Assembly: GCA_000165425.1 (NCBI GenBank)
Contig: CT868485.1
Span: forward strand, 372,001-436,000
Source of the DNA: Paramecium tetraurelia
Taxonomy: Eukaryota
Direction: 5' to 3'
DNA length: 64,000 nt
Below, one piece after another: positions 40,107 through 52,529 of the stretch. Positions within the stretch are counted from its first letter, which is position 1; every line of letters begins with the position of its first letter. A model generated the notes under the pieces. It made no database searches and was not told the DNA's origin. It saw only the letters and a program-made list of their open reading frames with translations. A program made the position numbers and the translations under genes.

Positions 40107-40779
40107 TCATTTAGGGAAATCTTTTTAATAGATTCCTCTTGATTATTCGATTTCTTTGATATTGTTGACATTGAAGTAAATATTCATAATGTTATGATAT
40201 TATCCAAAGTCTAAACCGAATCTTGTCTATGCAGAATCGACTTGACAATAGATCATAATGTCTGCTAATGTTAATTAGTCGCCAACACTGAATCTGCCTC
40301 TTGTTCTTGAGATGCTCTTTTCTAGATTGCTGATACCCAACATATTCCAGTGAATCCATTGATCTTTCCATTCCATTTGCTTTTCCGAGTGCGAATTAAT
40401 ATATTGTTGTATGCCCAAATGTTGGAATGGCTGAATTGATGAATTGATGTACTCGGCGATGGCTCTATAAAGAGAGTACCAAAAATACATACCTGACTTG
40501 AGCCCTTTAAATCCTATTTTTGGGTAAGATTGGTTTTTCTGGATGTACCTCCTCTAAGTATTCTGCGATGGCTACACTCTCAATGAGAGTATGTCCTTCT
40601 GGAGTAATCAGAGCTGGAATTATTTGACGAGGGTGTATTTTTTTATACTCTTCTGACATCTACTCTTTCTTGAGGAAGTTCACTGAATTTTAGGTGTAGG
40701 GGATCTTCTTGAAGTTGAGGATGCTCCTTATACGCTGGGTACAGGAGGACATTGCAAATCCGTAGAGTGTATAAGACAT
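40107..40779 (-). CDS. GSTZ1: Glutathione S-transferase zeta / maleylacetoacetate isomerase
   Basis: LYGFAMSSCTQRIR (zeta-class SSC), IPAL, LIESVAIAEYLEEVHP, NSSIQPFQHL, FSVGDQLTLAD; one short intron. Confidence 0.88.
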
Positions 40780-40789
40780 AAATTAATTA

Positions 40790-43700
40790 ATGAGTTTAAA
40801 TGATCTGTTAGTAGATTATAGTGGGAGTGGTCATTCCTAATTCGGTAAGTGATTTGCATATTCTCTTTAGAGGATCAAACAAAAAAGCAATTCACGGGAC
40901 CTGCCAAATTTGCGACAAAAATAGATCCGCTCTAAGATGGTGATTATACTATAAAACCACCATCAATGTCTAGTTTACACAAAGTAACCGATCACATTCC
41001 TCCTTCATAATCGCCGAATTCTGGAATGATTTAGTTTTCTCCAAAGACTTCTATTCTTGAGGAGAAAGTCTTGATGAATCCTCAAAACAAGGAACAAATC
41101 AAAGAAATTGGATAAACAACTGTGCTTGCATAGAAGGAAGGTATCAACAATTTCATCAAATTGGTATTGGCTAAAAGCTACTTCAACCGTTTTGTTGAGA
41201 ATATGCTCCAAAAATCCTATGTGAAGAAATTGTCACATTTCAACATTTATTAAAATACCATGTTAGACGATCTAAGATATATCGATTCAAAACACAAGAT
41301 CCACAAGAATCTGATTGGCAAGATCTGCAAGAAGCTTAGGTTTGTGCCGATCTTTGATTAAAGCAGCTATTTGGTCATTGGATGGCAATTGCTTCACATC
41401 TTAACGATCATCATTATATTTTTTTGGACTCCCTTCAACATCTCCTTTGGAATCACCTTTGAACAAGTCGTATTCGAAACATTGACAGTGAGAGACGTAG
41501 AATACTATTTTTTATTTTCCATTCTCGTCGATGCCTTCATCGTTATCAATACATCCTATATTGAAAAAGGAATCATCATCAAACAGAGAGGCAAAATCTT
41601 TATTAATTATGTCAACACATAAGGAATATACGATTTAGTAAAATGATATGTTATAATCAAGTGTTCATTCGCCTCAATGTTGGTTGCCCAATAATTTAAT
41701 GTGGACAGTTCAAATGAGAAAATCGGATGGCAACTGATACCCTACACAATATACTACTGCAGTAGACAATTTAAATTGCAAGCCAGAGTACATAAACTTG
41801 AAGAGTATTAATTCAAATGATCCTTTAGATTTTTCAACTTTTCAGGGTGGGTACAAGATCTAATCGAGTTGGTTAAACTCCTATTTATGGTAGTGTATGT
41901 TGGTCATCTCTTCGCATGTTTATGGCACGGCGTAGCTTTCTATTAAATAGGGTTCAGAAGGACTTGGCTTGAAGCCTACGATGTGGCTACTTAAGACATT
42001 TTTACTAAATACAATTATGCATTCTATTGGTCAGTCTAAACAATGATCACAGTTGGATACGGAGATCTAACACCACAGAATAATTATGAGAGATTGTGTG
42101 CCAATCTCAGCATGTTCTTAGCATGTGGTGTATTTGCCTTTTCATTTAATAGTATTGGTCTTATGCTCAGCAATCTAAACTCCAGATAGGTGCTCTATAA
42201 ACGTAGTACAAACTTATTGAATTCCTATTTGACCAAAAATTAAATTAAGATCGAATTGCAATCCAGAATAAGAAATTATTATGATTATATCTTTCAAGAG
42301 GAACAGGAAATCAATGACGAGGAAGTCTCTCAAATCACAACCAAGTTGTCCAGTTCACTTTAAGAAGAATTGAATTTTGAAATTCGATTAAATGTTATGA
42401 AGACAAACAAAGTGTTGACCAAATTCTCTTAAAAAACACTTAGACAACTGTCTTTGGTAATCGAAGAAGTAAGATATTCCCCTGAGGATTAAATTTTACT
42501 CTAAGGTACTCAAGATGATTGCTCTCTATATATCATCACTAAAGGAACGGTGTCTGTGTTATTTCAAGATGAACCTCAAGGCAGGAACACGAGAGTGCTT
42601 TCCTATCTAGAAAAAGGGGAATCTTTTGGCGAATACTCATTTTTTACAGGACTCAATAGATGTGCCTCAGCTAAAAGTATAGGCTTTTCAAGAGCTTACA
42701 AAATCCCCAGACAATCTTTATTAGTTGTTTTATAAACTAATTAAATTGACTTAGTATATGATATTTCGTATATTATTATAGGAACGCTTTTGTGAAGTAA
42801 GAGATTCCATGTTGTTAGGTGAAAACTTTCAACCAGCAAAATTAAGTTGTTATTCCTGCAAAAAGTTCAGTCATCTAATAAAAGATTGTCCAGTTCTCCA
42901 TTATGTAGCTGACAAAGAAAGAGTGATCAAGAAGGAGTACTTTCCCTTCCAATAAGAGAGAACCATCACCTACAAGAGAAAAAGGACTGATCGCAATTAT
43001 TATGCTACTTTATTGGAGATGAAAAAGACCATTGCTTATATAAGAGATTTTCAGACCAGAGAAACTCAAGCTGACAATATCACTGTAATTGAAGATGATT
43101 TGGATGTTTCCTATGAAGAAAACGATGGATCACCCAATGAACAAGATTATTGTAATTCTTTGCTCCTTCTATCATTTAGCCTCTTTCTCCAAGAGCTTCT
43201 CGAAAATATCGAGACAACAGTCGTAAAATAGGTCTTATTCCTAATACGATAACAATAACAACACAAAGAATCTACAACCTATATAGGAAAGCGAAGACTC
43301 AGCAGATAGTCCAAGTCCGAATAAGAAAAGGAACATGCAAGTCAAATAAACACTCTAAACTGCTGGATTCGGAGGTTAAGATTCCTTTTAAACCAGAATA
43401 CGAACTGACGATTAGGATCTAAATGCTACAAGTTTTGGGAATGTCACTCCTTCGATGAAAGATGAAAATAGATACAACATCAAAAATGATTCGCTCATTC
43501 TGCCAAATCAAGTTGATACTCAAGCAAGACTGAATAAAAAAAGAATTACTTTAGTTAGAAAACAAAAGCGAGAGGAATCCTACAAACCCTTTTCATCCTA
43601 AACCAAAGTGGACACCAATCAAGAGAGGGAAAAATCATAGCCAAAAAAATCAAAAATGAAGGATCCTCTTGCTGATATCCCAATCACTCCTTCCATCTAA

Positions 43701-44319
43701 TCGGTTGATCATAAGAGAGATTCCATAGATAGGAAGGATGAAAGAAGGGAATAAAAAAGGAGAACCACGAAAACCAAAACCAATAGAAGTAGAACTGCTA
43801 AAACTCATAAAACCACCAAACTAGTTCAAGATACTCCGACTCAGGAGATTTCAATTCCAGTTTTCGAGAGATAGGCTGTATCTATGGAATTGGAAGATTT
43901 TGAAGTATTAAAGAACTTTTCTCACTATTTCAGTTGGAATAATGCCAAAGTAGTTGTTGCAAGAACTATGAAAATTTTATTAAAGAATCTTGAAAAAAGA
44001 AGATATTACATTAATTAATTTTCATTTTATACATTCAACTCACTAGCAATTGCAAAGATATAGAGAATAAAAAGAAAGCTCAAATTAATGTAATTCATAT
44101 TTATAATGCCATTATTTTAGAGAGGATCCACCCTTGGAAAAAAAATCTGTTCATCCACTAAACAAGAACATTAAGCTAAGGAGGGGCAGTAAGAGAAGCA
44201 CCTAAGCTGATGACATTATTGGATTGTTTTAGAAGAAACCTCAATTTGGAACTCAAATTTAAGTTCTCCAAGGCATTTCTATTTCCAGGTTTAGTCGAAA
44301 TGATTTGGACTTTAGATGA
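40790..44319 (+). CDS. Cyclic-nucleotide-binding-domain K+ channel (EAG/HCN-like)
   Basis: Six-TM core, pore YAFYWSVQTMITVGYGDLTP, C-linker, CNBD (LEKGESFGEYSFFTGLNRCASAKS), then CYSCKKFSHLIKDCP; several short introns. Confidence 0.93.
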
Positions 44320-44558
44320 ATGAAAAATTATGATCTCTAATATAATTAAAGCATAATATTATTTGAGTCTCTTATTTAGGGCACTCTATCTTGGTGTGTA
44401 ATTGAACTGATACCGACAGCAATATAATTTTTCACTAAGAACTATGCTTTATTCAAACAATACGGATTTTTCTTTATGATTTATAATATATTATAGTGTG
44501 TAGATGTTTTGAAAAAATAAAATAATAATTTATATTAAACAATTTCGGGTTAATACTA

Positions 44559-45285
44559 ATGGAAGAAGTATGAAAATTATTCACCTGTAGGATTTGCATT
44601 TTAAGATTCAAATGTAGGAGATGCCATCAGCTCCTCCAAAACCCTTAATATAAACATCGACAGATGAACCAACCAAATTGTCTGTAGCCTCAACTTCAGA
44701 TTCTGTTCCTCTTTAAACGTCAAATTATGACTTGAATCGTGCATCTCATCCTAAAGCGTGCATTTTCACATGTCTATTCAAAGCACTTGCATTAATATTC
44801 TACCTCATTTTCGGAGAAAGCATTTGGTCATTCATATTGGTGATTATTTTCTCCGCATTTGACTTTTGGACCGTTAAGAATATCACTGGAAGGTATTCGT
44901 ATTCTTGCTAGAAGTAGATTGTTGGTTGGTTTAAAGTGGGAGAATATCATTATGGAGGATGGGTCTTCGAAATGGGAATTCTACTCCCTCCCCAATAAAT
45001 AGGTGAATGCAGTCGATAAAACCTTTTTTTGGACTGCCCAGTTAGGCTTTACTTTGGCTTGGGCAGTGTTTACTTTTTCAAATATGATCTCATTTACATT
45101 AATGAAAGTATTGAGGATGATTAATTTAGTTTGTGATCGACGTAATAGGATTATCGTTGTGTTGGACAAATCTGGTCGGATACTACAAATGCAATGGAGA
45201 TCACAAATAGAAAGTGAAAGATTTGTAAGGAGATATTACAAACAAGGTAGTTACTAATTTTGTTGGTTAAATGATGTCTAAATGA
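44559..45285 (+). CDS. TVP23: Golgi membrane protein TVP23 (DUF846)
   Basis: SHPKACIFTCLFK...[20 protein letters not shown]; three short introns. Confidence 0.9.
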
Positions 45286-45324
45286 AAATAAATTATATGT
45301 ATAATTATAAATAATAATTTGGAG

Positions 45325-45456
45325 ATGGATAGCTATACTGCAATCTTAGTGACCTTGATATTGGGATTTAGTTATTTCATTTATAATGTTATAGCTTGTC
45401 ACATGAAAAAATAGGATTATTCTGAAATAGATGATGAGGAAGTAAACCATTTATGA
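45325..45456 (+). CDS. 43-aa single-TM microprotein (candidate)
   Basis: MDSYTAILVTLILGFSYFIYNVIACHMKKQDYSEIDDEEVNHL-TGA fills most of the gap between TVP23 and the ANP32-like gene. Confidence 0.55.
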
Positions 45457-45469
45457 AGTATACATAAAA

Positions 45470-46164
45470 TCATTCGTTTTTTACTTTTTTTTCAATGAAA
45501 TCACTGAGATCACTATCATCCTCATCCTCGCTATCAGATTCCTCTTCCTCGTTGCTGTCATCAGAACAAAGCGCAGATTCCTCATCCTCTTGACTCACCT
45601 CCTCCTATTCCATATTATTTTGAGTTTCGACTTCAAGTGGTTTCTTCTCTTCTTTTGGCTTAACATAAATCTGTCCGTATTAATCTTTTTCATCTAACTC
45701 TTTCAAGTTCTGCAATATCTGAAAAGCGTATTTTCGAACTTCGGAATCCTTGGAATCATGAATAAATGAAATACTGGTTTATTTATGCCATTCATAATGT
45801 TGAGAACCTCTAATTTCCTCAATGGTTTCAGAGAATCTAAGTCTGTAAGATCCCTTAGGAAATTCCCTCCTGCGATCAGAATTTCAAGATTGGGAAAAGC
45901 CTTGGCGATTTGTTGCAAGGTCTTTGAAGTTGTAAAGTTGTCTAGATACTCAAGTCGAGTGACTGAACTCATTTATTATAAATTTTCAAGCGATCGGATG
46001 CCGCATTAATTTAAACTCAGAACCTCCAAATTGGTGCATTTATGAATTTCCGAAACAAAGTCATCTGGTAATTTATTGAGTTGGAGATTATTGAATCTGA
46101 GTTGCTTTATTTCAGAGTAAGCTTGTGTTCCAATTTACTTTTTCAATTTTTACTACCAACTCAT
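45470..46164 (-). CDS. ANP32-like LRR protein with acidic tail
   Basis: LRRs (LEVLSLNQCGIRSLENL; FPNLEILIAGGNFLRDL), LRRcap-like VRKYAFQILQNLKELD, D/E-rich tail; one intron. Confidence 0.8.
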
Positions 46165-46223
46165 TTAGAATAAATTAATGAGGGGAAAATTTATTTTTGC
46201 AATATTTATGTATATTGAAAATT

Positions 46224-47740
46224 TCAAAATTTGCCTTAGTTTGAAATCAAACTAAGAATTTCATCGCCACAAGTTTCATCATATCTTTATTCTTATTTTA
46301 TAGCAGCCAGTACTTAAATAAGTTGATTTATTTGATGCTCCGTAAGTTTGAGTTCTTGAATTTGCTCATCACTCATCTACATAAGCATCTTCTCAGGAAT
46401 TTTGAAACCCTGGAGAATTTTATAGATGTACTCTCCCTAGAATTGATGTAAAATTATACTTCATTTAATTTCAAAATTTCTTCATAGAGTTTTTTCGAAT
46501 AAGTAAGATAAGATTTAGTTTACACATTATTTTAAACCTTCATTGTGTAATTGTTACCCATAAACTGTTTTTGATCTGGAGTAACAGGAGCAGTACGAGG
46601 TTTTTTTTGAGATTAGTATTGTTATTGAATATTGTGTTTTTTCTTTTGTGTTTTGGAACCATCTGAACAATCAGAACTTCTTCTAGATTGAGTATCGGAA
46701 GTTTTAGTGTTAGAAATTGATTATTAACAAAAAGGTTGTCCAATTTCCATCTTCTCTCTGCTCAAATAATCTTGAGGAATGTAATTGGGTATTATAGGTC
46801 CTAAGTAGTTCGATGTATTTTTGTATGGCTGTCTTTTAGCTTCAACATGAGTGTTGGGTTCTTCAATAACCCAAGAGTTTTCTGCAACTTACTTGCGCAC
46901 CCTAAATGGCATACTTTAATTACCTTTTCTCCTATTCAGAATGAAAGAAAGCACATTCTCCTTATTTCTTGGTGCAATTCTATTGTGTACAAGGTTTAGT
47001 CTTATAGATCAAAGGATGGTATTCGTATTCCTTCCACCCATGACAATACTTGCAAGATTCTTAATCCGGACAGCCTCCCTTATCGTAATTTAAAATTTGA
47101 TTGGTTTTATTCCAATGTGGACACTCCTTGGGTGACAATATTTTTGGATCTCTTCTGAAGTCCTGTACATTATGAGCATAAACACAAGATGCTCTGTCGT
47201 GACTATAACCTAAACATTTTAAATTTACTTGATTGTATGAGGACACCACACTGTTTTATATTGATATATCCAAAAATTTTTATCTTAAACCATGCCATCC
47301 AATTTTACTGGAATGATTAACTCTTACTCCGAATGAGCAAATGAACAATATGCTCCATATTCGCAATCCTTTAAATGAGTGCAATATTTTGTCTTATATC
47401 TATTTGGATGATAGACTTGCTCAACCTTATTATGAGACCATTAGCACTAATCTCCTCTAGGGCATCTATTCGCCTATGGACACAATTGGCATCTATAAAT
47501 TAAAAAATAATTGTTATTCCATTTTTACTAGTATGAATGCTATTTAACATCTCGTCTTCGGTCAGATTCATCATGAAAAAAAGGGCAAAACTTTTTTTGA
47601 TCGATTTGATGCTAACTCTCACACTTAAGAGTTTTAAATTAGTGATGGTTGATATGCACTCTAACTTGGCAATTAGGATTGTACGCATCCAAATTTGTCA
47701 GCGATGATTCATGAGATCGGACTCTTCTACTGCCAAGCAT
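46224..47740 (-). CDS. Unkempt-like tandem CCCH zinc-finger RNA-binding protein
   Basis: FCPFFHDESDRRRD; CQWSHNKVEQVYHPNRYKTKYC; CEYGAYCSFAH; CKYCHGWKEYEYHPLIYKTKPC. Confidence 0.85.
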
Positions 47741-47772
47741 TCGTTAATAATCTATTTATTATAATAACTTTT

Positions 47773-48321
47773 ATGGACCCCTCTTCATCATAAACATATA
47801 TAAAGTAACACGCATAAGATAATTCCAAATCCAATGAGAATAAAGAAGGCTCTCAGACTCAAATCAAATCTTAAACCAATTTTAGGAATGGATAAGAAAA
47901 AAACGACATCGGATAATTTAAGGACAGCGAACTACAAACCATAGAGTTCATTGCAGACAATATTAAGTATCAATTAGATCCCAGGTACATGTTATGGTCT
48001 ACTGAACTCTTAAAACAAGATAAACCTCAAGATCAAAATACTTACAATTATTAATAAGATAACCAATCAATTAAGAAGAAATCTCATAAATTTATGGATC
48101 TGAAGAGACTCTACGAGCACAATAAATCCACTATTGAAGGGTTAAATAAAGAACTTAACGATCTCGAATTGGCTCGTCAAAAGACTTTGCAAAGACTCTA
48201 TGAAGTGCGTTAAGAGAAGGAAAAAATGCGCAAGATCTTTAAAGTTGAAAGAACCAAAACTGAAAATTTGAAAGGCTGCAAAGAGAGACTGGATAAACTA
48301 AAAAAAGAATTGGGTTTTTGA
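47773..48321 (+). CDS. Hypothetical coiled-coil protein
   Basis: ATG 47773 gives MDPSSSQ; ends LDKLKKELGF-TGA. Confidence 0.7.
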
Positions 48322-48327
48322 TTATTT

Positions 48328-48827
48328 ATGCTATTTCTTTTAATATCAATTGCTCTAGCTTAATAACTTGAGTATTTTAACGATGCCAACTTTTAGAAAC
48401 GAACTCTCATCTCCAAACACTATGTAGTGTATGATTGGGTCATCGCATTTTGTGATCAGGAATGTGCAGAAGAAACTATTACTGTCGTAAATTCTTTTCC
48501 AGATTCATACTAAAAAGGGCTCGTGAATCTCTAAACCAATCCATGGATCAAAGACAACATAGCTCAAAAAGGCATTTGGATTTATCATTTGAACAACACG
48601 ATGTGCGAGTTTAAGAATGGAAATTGCCATCACCATCTTCAAGTCCCTCAAATATACAACATCCCAAAAGTCAACTTCTTTGAGTCCAGAATGGTAATTC
48701 TATTCACAGTATATTTTAGATTGTCGTCTAAATAGGATGTGTTATTTTGGTTGTATTTTACATAATGGCATTCTTTGATTTAAAAAAGAGATTTTGGGAT
48801 ACAAAACACAAAGTAAAATCATCATGA
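48328..48827 (+). CDS. Type-I ER membrane protein with degenerate thioredoxin-like (TMX-like) domain
   Basis: Signal peptide MLFLLISIALA; YFNDANF...DWVIAFCDQEC; TM segment; C-terminal KVKSS (KxKxx); one 26-nt intron. Confidence 0.65.
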
Positions 48828-48979
48828 AAGTATTTTAATACATATTTTAAATGTTCATGATCAATCATTAGTCCTCTTCGTTTTTTCTATCATATCCTCA
48901 CCCCTACATCTCAAATAAAAATGAGTAAATTGAATTGTTGAATAATATTATCAATTCTAAAACATAGAATAAATAATGA

Positions 48980-50354
48980 TCATTAATTTTTTGCTCTTTG
49001 CAATAGATTGTTTAATTTGTTTAATCTTTCATCAATACTATGCAAATCCTCACAACTGGCTTCCATTTTATTAGATGGAGTAGTTACTATTGTATTTTCC
49101 TTATTTTTTTCTCTCAAATCCCTCAATCTTTTTAAAAGTCTCTATTCCTCAGGATCTTCAAATTTTCTGGATTCATTAGTTGTCGTTTGCTTTTATTTTT
49201 TGAATAAATTTGAATTTGATTGTTTCAATTTTTAAGATGTTTTGCGAGAAGAATTCGACCTTGCAGATGGACTCTGATCTGTTCTTTTAGAATTTGATTT
49301 ACGTCTGTAAGAGGACTCAGTATCACTATCAAAACTCTCTTTTCTAATCTAAATATATTAAAATAAATTATACTCTGATGGGGGTTGTTTTCTCTGCACT
49401 TTTCTTTTTCGATAATACTTTGTTAATGCTACTTGAAACCTTGAATTGATTTGAGGATTTAGAAGTTGAAGGAGACCTTGAAATGTTCGGTTGCAATTTT
49501 GTTTTAGATCTTGTTAGAGTTTATTATAGTTCCTATTCCAAAGATGTTATCCTCTATTTATTTTTTTTATCTTAGTTTTTTAATAGATGATTTTCATCTA
49601 TAATTTACTGGAGACAATCTTCTAATTCAATCACTTTCTTAGTGATTTCTGCATTTGTATTTTCACTTTGCAAGTATTTTGATCTCAATTCAATATACTC
49701 CTATTTGTTCACAGTTGTTGAAGACTATTGATGCACTATGTTTTTGAGTTCCAAAATGTCTCTATCTTTTTATTCCAATAGATTTTTTAAAAACTCGATT
49801 TCCTTGTTCTGTTCATTTATCACCTCCAAAGGATTAACTTCGTTTTTCTTAGACTCTAAGAGCGTTGTCAATTATTTTGCTTATTGTTCATTCTCCTTTC
49901 TCAACCTTATAATGGTATTCTTCATTTGCTAAATGTTGGGCTGCTCATTAAAATTGAGAGGTAATGGATAATGAACTTTATCAAATTCAACTATGTAACT
50001 AAGAATCAAATAACGTTTATTATTTGGGACCAGATTTTGCTATTAATTTTATTTGGGTCTTTTGTTTTTGATTTGCTCTAGATCTTAGAATGTGAGAATG
50101 TCAATATAGACGGTGTCTGTCTGATTTTTTATTGCAGATTACAACATCTTGAGAAATGTTGGGTATTTCTTATAATTCCCAGTCTTGGATGTGATTTCCT
50201 CGATGTAGGATGCTTAAAAGTTTGCGATCCAAGAATCTCCCGATTACTTCGATTCTACATCTATTGTCAGCATTTCAGTATTGGCATTAATATTTATGAT
50301 GTAAGTGATGTCATGAAAGTTTCTTTCCACATTTATATCAAGGAGATCTTCCAT
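48980..50354 (-). CDS. CCDC61: Centrosomal/basal-body protein CCDC61 (VFL3)
   Basis: WIANFQASYIEEITSKTGNYKKY...DILTFQDLE...NKRYLILSYIVEFDKVHYPLPL, followed by a coiled coil and a basic tail. Confidence 0.9.
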
Positions 50355-50585
50355 TTGAAATTATAATTCAGTTAAATAAATTAATCGGATTTTAAATTCA
50401 TAAAACATATAATCTCGTAAACGATTGATTACTCCATATTATTGAGAGAGCCATTTTGTCAACCAAAGTGACTTTACGAACAAGATTTATATATATCTGA
50501 TACATTCTACAATAAATAAAGATATTTATGTAGTTATATATATAAAAAAAAGATTAATTTACAATAATTTTTATATTAAAAGGAG

Positions 50586-51566
50586 ATGTTCGACTAAGAT
50601 TTCGTATATTAGTACAGGACCAAAAATACCTTGATCAAGGAAGGGTATGCTTTTGCGATTTCTACACAATGGTACTTATTTGAAATCATCCTCAGGTTTA
50701 GATAATTTAATAGTTTCTTATAAAATCCAAATGGAGTTAATATTAGTAAGATTGGAGAGATTAACAATACAAGCATATGTGATCTTAATCACTCCTTTTA
50801 AGCAAACGTTGATGGATATTCAATACCGTAATAACATAGTATGACATTCTCACGAATTTATTAATTGAAATCTAATGTTAAGTATGGTTAGGATTACGAA
50901 ATTATTTCAATAGAGATTTGGAACTATCTCAAATTGTATTATAACGCAGGTATACAATATGACGAAAAATGAATCTAGATTATGATGTGATTGTGTTTGT
51001 TACTCAAATTCTCCCAAACTTAACAAATTATTTTACATGTGAAAATTTAGATTAGGGTGTTTGCATTTGCACTGAAGTGTTTTACCTTGTATTGGTGGTT
51101 GTACAGCCTCATGATAAGGGTCTAATGATGGCCATTAAAGTACCAGCTTGTCCTTGGGTCAAATTTGATAAATTTAGAACGTACATCTACGATATGTTAG
51201 AACAAAAAATCAATCCAAAAACATTCAATAACAAAGCGCATATGTATTACAATGGCAAAAAGGTGCCATTCAAAGGCAATAAGACCTTACAAGAAATGGA
51301 AATAAATAAGGAAATGCAAATAATGATTTCGTGTCAAAGCCTGACTATTGGAGAAGTAGAGGAAGAAATAGAAACCGACGAAGACGAAGATGATTAAGAA
51401 ACTGAAAAAAGTAAAATGACAATCACTAATAGATTTACATACCAAGCAGGAGTTCTTATAAATATTAGAATAAGCCTTGAATCAGCAACCGACTGAATTG
51501 TTGACACTTAAATCTATCTAAGAAATATAGGAATGTCTAGAGTAAAATGATTTCTTTTAAATTTGA
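50586..51566 (+). CDS. DUSP-domain plus ubiquitin-like-domain protein
   Basis: FAISTQWFRQF...IGEINNTSI...LKSNVKYGQDYEIISIEIWNYLKLYY (DUSP); YYNGKKV...KTLQEMEI (UBL-like); several short introns. Confidence 0.7.
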
Positions 51567-52005
51567 ATTTAATTAATAAATAAACATCCATTGCAGCATT
51601 ATGACTGATTTTTTAATTCCAGATATACCACAATTCGTACTCTATATTATCCCCATTTTCAATTAAACTTAATATCATAGTGGTTCTAAAATAGAATTAA
51701 TTTTAATTACTTTTACATGCTCATCTATTCAAAAATTTACATATTATCTGAATGAATTATTAGTAATATGAGGTGTTTAAATATAAATTCTATAAAACAA
51801 TAAATAGTTAAATTATAATGCTCATCCTATCACTCCTCAAAGAGCAATGTCATATTATTTTCTTACCTTATTTTCAATTTAGTTTTTATTGTTATCATAA
51901 GGTTATCTCAACTTATAAATTTAGCATTTCAATATTAGAAGAAATCAAATCATTATTATGCATATATATTATTTAAATAATTAAAAAAATTAATAAAAAA
52001 AGAAC

Positions 52006-52079
52006 CGCCCTCCAAGGGGGTCGAACCCTTGACATTTGGCTTAAAAGGCCAACGCTCTGACCAACTGAGCTAGGAGGGC
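52006..52079 (-). tRNA. trnK-UUU: tRNA-Lys (anticodon TTT)
   Basis: GCCCTCC acceptor stem, TAGCTCAGTTGG A-box, TTGGC-CT-TTT-AA-GCCAA anticodon arm, GGTTCGACCC T-arm; a T-run Pol III terminator follows. Confidence 0.97.
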
Positions 52080-52129
52080 TAGCTTGATAGTTATTGTGTA
52101 TGAATTTAATAAATAGACAGGTGTGTGGA

Positions 52130-52506
52130 TCATTAAAACTTTAATTCATTATCAAATGATAATTCTCTGTAGCTGTAATTCAAAGATCGACTGCTGAGAC
52201 GACTGCTGTTGATTTTTTTGATCATTGAATTTTGAGTTTATAGGAGGGCTAAATGTAATGTTGGCAATAGTTACTATTCAAAAATTATTCCTACATTGAA
52301 GACAATATTCTCATATTTTCCTTAATGTGTTCTAACATGTTCAAATGTTGTTTATTTTGGTAGGTCTAAGCCAATTCTTAGAGAGACAGATGAACTTAAC
52401 GAAGAGTATGGGTCCATTGTTCGTCTGATTATTTTTCCTCAAATGATTTCCAGACAATGAAGAGAGTCACAACTGTAAAATAAGAGATTATAAAATAAAT
52501 TTCCAT
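52130..52506 (-). CDS. Small protein with N-terminal TM anchor and coiled coil
   Basis: MEIYFIISYFTVVTLFIVWK...; one 26-nt intron; ends DNELKFQ-TGA. Confidence 0.6.
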
Positions 52507-52529
52507 AAATTATTTATTATTATATAATG

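Noticed and set aside
52071..52251. 11-bp direct repeat TAGGAGGGCTA at the tRNA end and at 52241 (att-like)
   Set aside because: The second copy is an intron/exon junction of a small gene and no integrase is nearby, so coincidence is likely.
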